Part shown: positions 55,801 through 64,000 of the stretch, one piece after another
Layout: every line of letters starts with the position of its first letter
Numbering within the stretch: position 1 is the first letter of the stretch
Source of the DNA: an uncultured Planctomycetota bacterium
GTDB taxonomy: Bacteria; Planctomycetota; Planctomycetia; Isosphaerales; Isosphaeraceae
Assembly: GCA_963823665.1 (NCBI GenBank)
Contig: CAWGMQ010000010.1
Span: 768,001-832,000 of the forward strand
Direction: 5' to 3'
Length of the DNA: 64,000 bases
Notes under the pieces: model-generated
The model's input: only the letters and a program-made list of their open reading frames with translations
What the model was told of the DNA's origin: nothing
Database searches by the model: none
Program-made: the position numbers and the translations under genes

Positions 55801-56407
55801 GGAGGCCGAGTACCAGAGGGCGATCGTGATCCTTGAGAAGCTGCTGCATGATCAACCCGGCGAACCCCTTATCCGCCAGCGCCTCGTCACGTCCCTGAAC
55901 TACCTCGGCGGATTGCACCGCTGGGCCAATCGGGCTGCCGAGGCCAGGGGCGTCTATGAACGGGCGATCGCCCTGAATGAACCGACGGTCCGCTCGAATC
56001 CCACCGAATTGACGAATCGCCTCCAATTGCTCTGGTCGATCCGGGGGCGCGGGCTTACCCTCGGCCACCAGGGGGACGCCACGGCGGCGGCGGCGGAGAC
56101 TCGCCGGGCGCTGGCAATGTGCGATGGACTGCCGACGACGGGCTGGGCCCTTGTGGAAACCGCCTGCTGTCACGCGGCGCTGGCTGGCCTGGCCGGGCGG
56201 GATCGATCGGGGATCTCGGCGGAGGAGGGAGAGGCCGAGGCCACCCGGGCAATGGAACTGCTGCGCCGGGCCTTCACCGTGGGTTACCGGCATTTCCACG
56301 CGATCCGGATCGAGACGGCCCTCGACCCGCTGCGCAAACGCGACGACTTCAAAAAACTGATGGCGGAGTTGGAGAAGGCGCCCCCACCACAGCATGAGAA
56401 GAAGTGA
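52891..56407 (+). CDS. Ser/Thr kinase - TM - TPR protein, copy 2 (frameshifts near 55075 and 55390)
   Basis: Kinase domain nearly identical to copy 1; longer TPR array; tail LDPLRKRDDFKKLMAELEK; AAGGAG RBS. Confidence 0.92.
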
Positions 56408-56526
56408 AGTCGCAGTCGCCAGCGGAACTCGCGTCGTCAATAGTCAACAATCATTGCAGCCCGGCAGTGTCTTGCTTGGTCAGCTTGACGATTGGCCACG
56501 CGCGCGAGTGGTTCCTTCAAGCATCG

Positions 56527-56904
56527 CTAATCCTTGACCCGCTTTGCTTCCCAGTCGGCCGAGACGCATTGATCCGGGAGCACGATCGTGGCCGAGCCCT
56601 TGACGGTATCGCCTACGAGCTTGCCTTGGTACATGTGCACCATGCGCTTTCCACCGGGAGTTTTGCCGGGCACGCGGAACGAGATCGCGCCGTCCTTGAA
56701 GATGCCGTCTTCGACTTTCAAGTCCCCGGCTTTGCGAACCATCACGCCGGTCACCTTGTCCCCTTCCAGCTTCAACTTGAGCGTGCCTACACCCCTCGGG
56801 GTGGTCCAGTTCCAGGTTCCGGTCGGATCGTCGTCGTCAGCTCGAGCCAAGCCCACAAGGCCCGTGCACGCTACAACCAGGGCCGCTACTCGCAATCGCC
56901 GCAT
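56527..56904 (-). CDS. Small secreted beta-barrel protein of unknown function
   Basis: AAGGAGG RBS; signal ...GLVGLARA; DPTGTWNW...LKLKLEGDKVTG...YQGKLVGDTVKG...WEAKR. Confidence 0.8.
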   Translation of the reverse strand: MRRLRVAALVVACTGLVGLARADDDDPTGTWNWTTPRGVGTLKLKLEGDKVTGVMVRKAGDLKVEDGIFKDGAISFRVPGKTPGGKRMVHMYQGKLVGDTVKGSATIVLPDQCVSADWEAKRVKD

Positions 56905-57001
56905 CGATGAACCTCCTTAAAAGCGCAGTGCGAACGCGCTCATCACCGGATGAGCAAATCCACCCTGCTTGAGACAGGATTTGTGAGCGTGCAGCCGATC
57001 C

Positions 57002-58243
57002 TCAAGGACCGGCAGGCGGTATCCGCTTGGCGGTATAAACAAGGACGTTCGAGCCGGGAGTACTGGCGAACTCGGTCGGTCGTGTGGCGTCGTCGGGACG
57101 GCAGATCGTCAGAGTGTCGCCCTCGAGGGCGTAGATGGCGTGATAGTTGTCGCCGTGATAACCCTCGGATTCCATGTCCATCGCTTTGGGTTGTTGCTCG
57201 GGATCGAGCCGGAAACGCACTTTCAGCAGGTGGTGAGGTCCCCCCTCGTGAGCGATGGTGTCCTCTCGAATTTTCAAGCTGGTAAACGGGAACTGGTCTT
57301 TCGGTAAGACCCGGCCGTCCTCCTCGACGGCGACCACTTGCCAATCCCCATGCAATCCGTCCAGATCGGATTTCGCTACGGCCTGAACAACTGCCGGGGG
57401 CGTAACCGCCACGGGCGGCACGCGGACAGCGCCATAGCTCAGGAAGCCCACCCCGGCGGCCAGTAGCGCCCCAGAGAGGAGCGATCCGATCGTCCATAGC
57501 CTGGGTCGGAGCATGTCCTTCAGGACTTGCTGGGTCAGCAGCCTGGCCTGGGCGGAGACGGCCGGCCCGCTGCCCGGTAACGATTGCAGTCCCAGGTCGA
57601 GCAAGCCGTCAGGCACCGCTGCGTGGGACGAGGCGGTACGCTCCAGTAGGCTCGCCAAAACGCCGACCGAAAGAGCCAGATTGCGGCGCGAGAGCCGAAC
57701 GCGCAACTGTTCGCGGGCGCGGGCCAGTTGCGATAGAACGGTGCCCCTGGGCAGGCACAGCGCGGTCGCGACCTCCGCGGCGCTCTTGCCCTCAAGGTAG
57801 AACAGTACGATGGGCCTCCGATAGCGCTCGGGCAATCGCCGCAGCTCGTCATCGAAGACAGGTCGAAGATCGCGCCAGCTTGCGTCGTCGTTCGCTTCAG
57901 GAGCCGGGAGATCGACCATAGGAGCCTCCCGCGTGCGCTGCCGATTGTTTGCGGAGCGAATCTTGCTGGAGATTCGATACGCAACTCCATAGAGCCAATT
58001 GCCAAGCAGGTTTGGCCTGGTCAGGGAAGGCGCCTTGCGCATGAGAACAAGAAAGGTCGCCTGGAATGCGTCCTCCACGTCTTGCTCACGCCCGAGGATA
58101 CGGCGGCAGACGCCGGATACCATGCCCCCGTGCCGCCGCACGATCGCCGCGAATGCACCGGCATCGTGGCTCGCCACGTAATCGCACAGCAAGCGCTCGT
58201 CCGTCGGTTCACTCTGGCTGCTTGAGCTGGCAACGTCTTGCAT
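57002..58243 (-). CDS. ECF sigma factor with fused TM helix and TIGR03067 planctomycete domain
   Basis: AFAAIVRRHGGMVSGVCRRIL, DVEDAFQATFLVL, WLYGVAYR, LPERYRRPIVL; tail LHGDWQVVAVE...LDPEQQPKAMD...IYALEGDTLTIC..RPTEF. Confidence 0.93.
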   Translation of the reverse strand: MQDVASSSSQSEPTDERLLCDYVASHDAGAFAAIVRRHGGMVSGVCRRILGREQDVEDAFQATFLVLMRKAPSLTRPNLLGNWLYGVAYRISSKIRSANNRQRTREAPMVDLPAPEANDDASWRDLRPVFDDELRRLPERYRRPIVLFYLEGKSAAEVATALCLPRGTVLSQLARAREQLRVRLSRRNLALSVGVLASLLERTASSHAAVPDGLLDLGLQSLPGSGPAVSAQARLLTQQVLKDMLRPRLWTIGSLLSGALLAAGVGFLSYGAVRVPPVAVTPPAVVQAVAKSDLDGLHGDWQVVAVEEDGRVLPKDQFPFTSLKIREDTIAHEGGPHHLLKVRFRLDPEQQPKAMDMESEGYHGDNYHAIYALEGDTLTICRPDDATRPTEFASTPGSNVLVYTAKRIPPAGP

Positions 58244-58407
58244 GGCACCTTCAACGTCCGCGAAACGTCCCCATCAATTGCGCTGACTACTCACTATACT
58301 GCCTGGCGGGGGACGCGCGATTGCATACTTGCCTGCCAATTTTCGAAACGACCAATGCGGTCGACAGTCGTCGTGCTTCGCTGATTCAGAGCCGCAGTTC
58401 ACACGAT

Positions 58408-61178
58408 CTACTCCGGCAGCGGCGTGGCGTCCCAGATCCGCACGGTCATGTCCAAGGAAGCGGTGATCAAGCGGTGGCCGTCGGGGCTGAACGCAAGATC
58501 GGACACAATCTCGTTGTGTCCGTTCAGCGTCAGGGTTTCCTGCCCCGTCGTTAGGTCCCAGACTTTCAAGGTCCCACCAGGGAGCCCCCCGGCCAGGCGT
58601 TTGCCATCGGGGCTGAATTCAAACCTGAAGGCCGTGAAGTTGTTGAGACGCGGCGAGACCTCGTGGCCGCTTTCCGCATCGAGTATACGCACCCCGCCAC
58701 CGGAGCATTCTACGGCCAGCCGCTTTCCATCGGGGCTGAAGCATAGCCTTTGGAAGAATGCCCCCATCGGCAGTTCGGCCTTGCATAACTCTCGGCCCGT
58801 GGCGGGATCCCAGTTTTTTACCACCCCGCTGTACTCGGCCGCTGCCAGGCGAGCACTGTCTGGGCTGAATGAGAACCACGCAAGACCGCGGAGTACCGGA
58901 AACGTGCGGAATTCGGCGCCTTTGTAAACGTCCCACACCTTCAATCCCCCTCCCGGGCCCTTGCAAGCGAACCATTTCCCATCCGGGCTGAGCTCTGTGC
59001 TCGGCCGATCTTCTGGGCTGTCGTGTTTGAACGCGCGAACCATTTTGCTGGTGGACATATTCAAGATCATGACGTTCTTGCCCTCGTCGGTAAGCGCCAG
59101 ATGCTTCCCATCGGACGCGAAGTCATAGTTCACGGCCTTGCGTCCGAGCTTGATGGGCTCGCCCAACGGTTCGCCGGTCTCGGAGTTCCAAAGGTGAATG
59201 GTGCTTCCATATCTGCCTGTCAGGGCGATGCGTCCATCGGGGGAAAGCGCGATTTCATTTCTCGGTTGCCTGATCCCGGGGATCGGAGTGACATCGCGGT
59301 CGGCTATCACGTCCCACACTTTCACGCGTCCGTCCGTCCCCGCCGAGGCGATGCGTGTGCCGTCGGGACTGAAGGCACAATCGACGACGGACCCATGGTG
59401 CCCCTTGAACGCGCGGAGTCGCTGACCAGTGCCGGCGTCCCAAAGCTCCAGACCAGACTCGAACCCCACGGCCGCCAGTCGTTTCCCATCGGGACTGAAT
59501 TTGAGGCGGCCGCTAATGGGCCCGTCTCCCGGACAAATCTTGACAAGTTTGCCGGTGCCGGCATCGAGGATTTGCACGTCGCGCGTCGGACCTGACACAG
59601 CCAGACGTTTGTCGTCCGGGCTGAAGGCCATGGAAATGACTGAATTTTTCATGTCCTTCACAAGAAGCTCGCGACCGGAGAACGCATCCCATACCTTCAG
59701 CACGGACGGCGCAGCAACAGAGGCCACGCGCTTGCCGTCGGAGCTGAAAACTAGACTCCCGAGGGAAGGAAGCTTATCGATGGACACGATGGCCTTACGT
59801 GTATCCAGGTCCCAGATCCTTATCTCAGCCAAATTATTAAATTCCATTCCACCTGCGTTGAAGTCCTCCGCCCGAGATGCCAGGTGCTTGCCGTCAGGGC
59901 TGAAGACAACCTGCCGGAAGAAGTCGACCGTGTGCCCTTCCAGTGTGGCGATCAGCTTGCCCGATTCGATGTTCCAGATGCGAATCCTCTTGTCGCGGCC
60001 GCCCGCGGCGAGAAGCTTGCCATCCGGGCTGAGAGCGCCCGTGCGAACTTCGCCTGTCGCACCCTCGAGCCCTATGGTCAGCGGTGTCAGTGTCACTGCA
60101 GCCCAGAGCTTGATTTCACCGGGTGCCGGGGAGCCTGTTTCCCTCCTCTCCGTACTCCCGACGCTGAGGAGCCGTTTGCCGTCTGGCGTCCAGGCCACCG
60201 TCGTCGCAAGCCCGACGTGGGCATTCACCGTGCTCAGGCGCGTGCTGGGCCTGGGCGGCTCCTCTTCCTTGATGATGCGGCGAATCTCGTCATAGGCCGC
60301 CGTCGCGAACCGCTGATGGTCGAACGGCGTCGTCCCGGTCAACAACTCGTAAAGGAGCACGCCCAGGCTGTAGACATCGCTGCGAATATCCACGTCAAGC
60401 GCGTTGAGCTCAGCCTGCTCCGGGCTCATGCAGAGCGGAGTGCCGATCATCTGCGTGAACCGGGTGTAGATGGTCTTATCAGTCAACTGCTGGCCAATCG
60501 CCTTGGCGACGCCGAAGTCGATCACCTTGACCACCGGCACGCCGTCGTGCGGGCGACCAGGATGTTCGACGGCTTCAAGTCGCGGTGGATGATGCCCTTG
60601 CCGTGGGCATGCTGGACCGCCTGGCAGACGGCCAGAAACAGATCCAGGCGCTCGCGTGCCGTGAGCTGCTGCCCGTCGCAGTAATCAATGATGGGGATGC
60701 CTTTGACCAGCTCCATCACGAAGTAGGGGAGCCCGCTGTCCGTGGTGCCGGCGTCGAGAACGCTGGCAATATTGGGGTGGTCCATGAGTGCCAGGGCCTG
60801 GCGCTCGGCCTCGAACCGGGCGATGATGTCGCGCGTGTCCATGCCGGGCTTGATGATCTTGAGCGCGACCTTGCGGCGAACCGGGTGCTGCTGCTCGGCC
60901 ACGAAGACCAGGCCCATCCCACCCTGGCCGATCTGTTCCATGAGCTTAAACGGGCCGATGACCGTGCCGGCGCGTTCAAGGATTGGCTCAAAATCCTCAG
61001 TCGCATCGGATTGGGATGAGAGATTCCCCAGAAAACCGCCCGAGGCGTCATGGGCACGCAGCAGTGATTCGATTTCGTGGCGCAGCTCTCCATCGGAGGC
61101 GCAGGCGTGGTCGAGGAACGCCGCTCGGCGCTCTGGAGACAACTTGACGGCGGCCTTGAAGACTGCAGAGTCGGACAT
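58408..61178 (-). pseudogene. Ser/Thr kinase - WD40 gene with a frameshift (~60550) and an in-frame internal deletion (~60230)
   Basis: Kinase motifs to [13 protein letters not shown] run directly into [17 protein letters not shown]; the ELDWIVMKALEKD segment and TM present in the paralogs are missing; GTPLCMSPE has C in place of the usual Y. Confidence 0.8.
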
Positions 61179-61252
61179 GGTATTCTCCCTCGCCTGGATG
61201 GTCTTTCATCATCCAATGCGAGAACGGAGAGCAAAAGCCCGGTGAGTTTTTT

Positions 61253-61837
61253 TCAGTCCGGCGAATGGATTTCCTCATCCCGGCGCCATTGCCGGCGCAG
61301 CCAGGCCTTGGCGTAGGTCCAATCCTCTTCGGCCGTCGCCGGGGCGATGCCCAGAATCTGGGCCGCCTCGGCCATCGTGCAACCGAGGAAGTAGCGGAGC
61401 TTGACCAGCTCAGCCTTGCGGGGCGACTTCAGTGCCAGCCGATCGAGCGCTTCGTGAACGGCCTTGACTTCGAGCGGGTCGCGCGGGTTTGCCACGGGGA
61501 AGTCATCCGGGTCCGTCTCCAGAAGAACCAGGCCGCCCCCGTGCTTGCCGCTCAGTTTGTGGCGAGCGTTGTCGATGAGGATGCGGCGCATGGCCTCGGC
61601 GGCGGCGGAGAAGAAGTGGCCGCGGCTGTTCCAGAGCCGCTCCTCCCCTGGGCCGACCAGACGCAGGTATGCCTCGTGGACCAGAGCCGTTGGCTGAAGC
61701 GTCTGGCCCGGCTACTCCTGTGCCATCCTCTGGGCCGCGAGGCGGCGCAGTTCGTCGTAGACCAGCGGCAAGAGCTGCGCGGCGGCCCCGGCGTCGCCTT
61801 GCCCGATCGCGTCCAGGATGCGGGTGACCTCATTCAT
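61253..61837 (-). pseudogene. ECF sigma factor (TIGR02999 type) with in-frame TAG at codon 42
   Basis: [59 protein letters not shown]...; stop at 61712-14; otherwise a single frame to 61253. Confidence 0.88.
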
Positions 61838-61849
61838 CCATCGTTCCGT

Positions 61850-62090
61850 GGCAATGCAGCTTTACGCCCAGATCGCCGAACCTGACAATCATGGCATCGG
61901 TCTGGACGAGGTGGTGCCGGTGACCAAAGACTGGCGGGAGTACGAATACAAGTTCCAGGCGAAACAAGTCGCGGCCTCGAACAATATTGCTTTCAGCCTC
62001 GGGGAGCGCACGGGGACCGTGTGGGTCGCCGACTTCTCGCTCACCAAGGAAGCAAAGCCCCGGCCTCTCGAAGGCCGTCCAGGCACATGA
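61850..62090 (+). pseudogene. Orphan C-terminal half of a carbohydrate-binding (CBM4/9-like) beta-sandwich domain
   Basis: GLDEVVPVTKDWREYEYKFQA...IAFSLGERTGTVWVADFSL with no N-terminal half. Confidence 0.55.
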
Positions 62091-62164
62091 CACTCCTCGC
62101 CGAAAAGATGCCGAATTTCACCGGCCCCTGGAGACGATCGGCCGTGAAATGCATGTTATAGGGT

Positions 62165-62813
62165 ATGGGCGACACAAAGAATGAGACAGATGGCCAGATC
62201 CTTGAGCACGTCCGGCGGGCCGCAGCCGGCGACGAGGAAGCGTTGCAATCCTTGTTCGGGGCGCACCGCGATCGCCTCAAGCGGATGATTCACCTCCGGC
62301 TCAGCCGCCGGCTGGCAGGCCGCGTCGATGACTCGGATGTGGTTCAGGAGGCATTCGTCGATGCCGCCCGCAAGCTCCCTGAGTACGCCCGGGAGCCCAA
62401 GGTGCCATTGTTCTTGTGGCTGCGGCACCTGACGGCGCTCAAGCTGGCGGAGGTCCACCGCCATCATCTTGGCACGCAGCTCCGCGACGCCGACCGCGAG
62501 GTCACTCTGCATCGCGGCGGCCTTCCCCTGGCCGACTCGGTGTCGCTGGCGGCCCAGTTGCTGGGCACGCTGACCACGCCGTCGCAGGCGGCGATCAAGG
62601 CCGAGACCCGCCTCCTGGTTCAGGAGGCGCTCAACGGCATGGACCCGATCGACCGCGAGGTGCTGGCGCTCAAGCACTTCGAACAGCTCAGCACCAGCGA
62701 GATCGCTCGAGGTTCTCGGCCTGTCCAAGGCCGGGGCCGGCAGCCGCTACCTGCGGGCGATCAAGCGGCTTCGGTCGATCCTCGAGCAAATCCCCGGCTT
62801 CGAGGCGTTCTGA
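62165..62813 (+). CDS. ECF sigma factor, planctomycete-specific TIGR02984-like (frameshift near 62708)
   Basis: HRDRLKRMIHLRLSRRLAGRVDDSDVVQEA, HLGTQLRDADREV, TTPSQAA, DREVLALKHFEQLS; shifted tail ...RYLRAIKRLR. Confidence 0.9.
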
Positions 62814-62868
62814 GCCCGGGAGCCATGTCAGACCGGTACGAGCCACCATGATTGGAGGGAGTACGACG

Positions 62869-64000
62869 ATGTCGACGTCTGGATCGGAGTCGCGTTCGGG
62901 GCTGGTGATGGAGCTGGCCGAGGAGTTCCTCGACCGCTACCGCAAGGGGCAGCGGCCGCCGCTCCGCGAGTATATCGAGAATCACCCCGAGCTGGCCGGC
63001 GAGATCCGCGAGGTCTTCCCGGCCATGGCGATGATGGAGAACATCGCCCTGGCCGACGAGTCGCTCGAGGCGGACAGAACGGGTGATCTTCCAGCACGAC
63101 GTCTGCCGCCGCTGGAGCAGCTCGGCGACTACCGAATCGTCCGCGAGGTCGGCCGGGGCGGGATGGGCGTCGTCTACGAGGCCGAGCAGGTCTCGCTGGG
63201 GCGGCATGTGGCCCTCAAGGTGTTGCCCCCGCAGATGCTCCGCGACGCCAGGACCCGCCGGCGGTTCGAGCGCGAGGCGCGGGCCGCGGCGAAGCTGCAC
63301 CACACCAACATCGTGCCGGTGTTCGGCGTCGGCGAGCAGGGCGAGACGCCCTATTACGTCATGCAGTTCATCCAGGGCCAGGGGCTCGACTGCGTGCTCG
63401 AGGAGCTGAGGCGGCTGCGCGCGGGTGGGGCAGCGGGTCCTGCGGCGGCGGCGGTGCTCTCAACGGTGGGCCGCGACGTGTCCGCGGCCGACGTGGCCCG
63501 GTCGCTGCTGACCGGCCGGCTCGACGCCGGGCCCACCGAGGCGTCCGCGACCGACAACGGTGTCGGCCCGGCCGAGCCGGCCGGCTCGGCCTCGGGCCAA
63601 GCGTCGTCGCTCTCCTCATCGTCGCTCACTCTGCCCGGAGACACCGCCCGGGGCAAGGCGAGGCGGCAGACGTACTGGCAGGGGGTGGCGCGGATCGGCG
63701 TCCAGGTGGCCGACGCCCTGGCCTATGCGCACGCCCAGGGGATCGTCCACCGCGACATCAAGCCGTCGAACCTCCTACTCGACACCCACGGGATCGTCTG
63801 GGTGACCGACTTCGGCCTGGCCAAGGCGGACGACCAGCAGAACCTGACGCACACCGGCGACATCCTCGGCACTCTGCGGTACATGCCCCCCGAGGCGTTC
63901 GGCGGCAAGGTCGACAGCCGGGGCGACGTCTACGCGCTTGGCCTGACGCTGTACGAGATGCTCGCCTTCCGGCCGGCGTTCGACGAGAAGGAGCGCGGCC
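62869..64000 (+). CDS. Ser/Thr protein kinase, runs off the window edge
   Basis: [70 protein letters not shown]. Confidence 0.95.
   Translation, partial: MSTSGSESRSGLVMELAEEFLDRYRKGQRPPLREYIENHPELAGEIREVFPAMAMMENIALADESLEADRTGDLPARRLPPLEQLGDYRIVREVGRGGMGVVYEAEQVSLGRHVALKVLPPQMLRDARTRRRFEREARAAAKLHHTNIVPVFGVGEQGETPYYVMQFIQGQGLDCVLEELRRLRAGGAAGPAAAAVLSTVGRDVSAADVARSLLTGRLDAGPTEASATDNGVGPAEPAGSASGQASSLSSSSLTLPGDTARGKARRQTYWQGVARIGVQVADALAYAHAQGIVHRDIKPSNLLLDTHGIVWVTDFGLAKADDQQNLTHTGDILGTLRYMPPEAFGGKVDSRGDVYALGLTLYEMLAFRPAFDEKERG

Noticed and set aside
34219..61714. Stop-codon recoding (TAG readthrough or pyrrolysine) suggested by in-frame TAGs at 34219 and 61712
   Set aside because: TAG terminates intact genes here (comM, SGNH hydrolase, ECF at 49686), an in-frame TAA also occurs, and both affected loci carry other lesions.
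1..64000. tRNA, rRNA, riboswitch, IS element, integrase or prophage genes
   Set aside because: No cloverleaf/T-loop signatures, rRNA motifs, DDE or tyrosine/serine recombinase motifs, or phage structural genes were recognised by eye; a covariance-model scan was not run.

Overview
High-GC bacterial DNA with a gene content typical of Planctomycetota, probably Isosphaeraceae-like. This is inferred from a DUF1559 prepilin-like gene, LEPR-xLL-type export signals, a PEP-CTERM protein, DUF1800/DUF1501, a TIGR03067 domain and several ECF sigma factor/Ser-Thr kinase modules. The window is mostly accessory DNA; the few housekeeping-like genes are comM, a CNNM/HlyC transporter, an Amidase_2 and bpt/ate. 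I found no rRNA, tRNA, CRISPR array, integrase or transposase. Many genes carry 1-nt frameshifts, which are probably long-read/MAG consensus errors in part. In-frame nonsense codons and clean internal deletions show that real decay has also occurred. Main observations: (1) a ~1,500-aa SIR2 + degenerate STAND-like NTPase + helical-repeat protein (25007-29611), a candidate NAD+-depleting anti-phage effector. (2) A set of diverged duplicate gene scraps around comM (comM fragments, two amidohydrolase relics, a Cys-protein relic, orphan 3' ends) that bracket unrelated cargo genes with no integrase present. (3) Three TGCTA-N6-TAGCA operator-like boxes over a sigma70-type promoter of a BlaI-BlaR1-DUF1800-DUF1501 operon. 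(4) A 74-aa protein with HiPIP-like Cys spacing. (5) A cluster of four ECF sigma factors and four kinases at the right end. All family assignments come from motif recognition by eye; no database searches were run.
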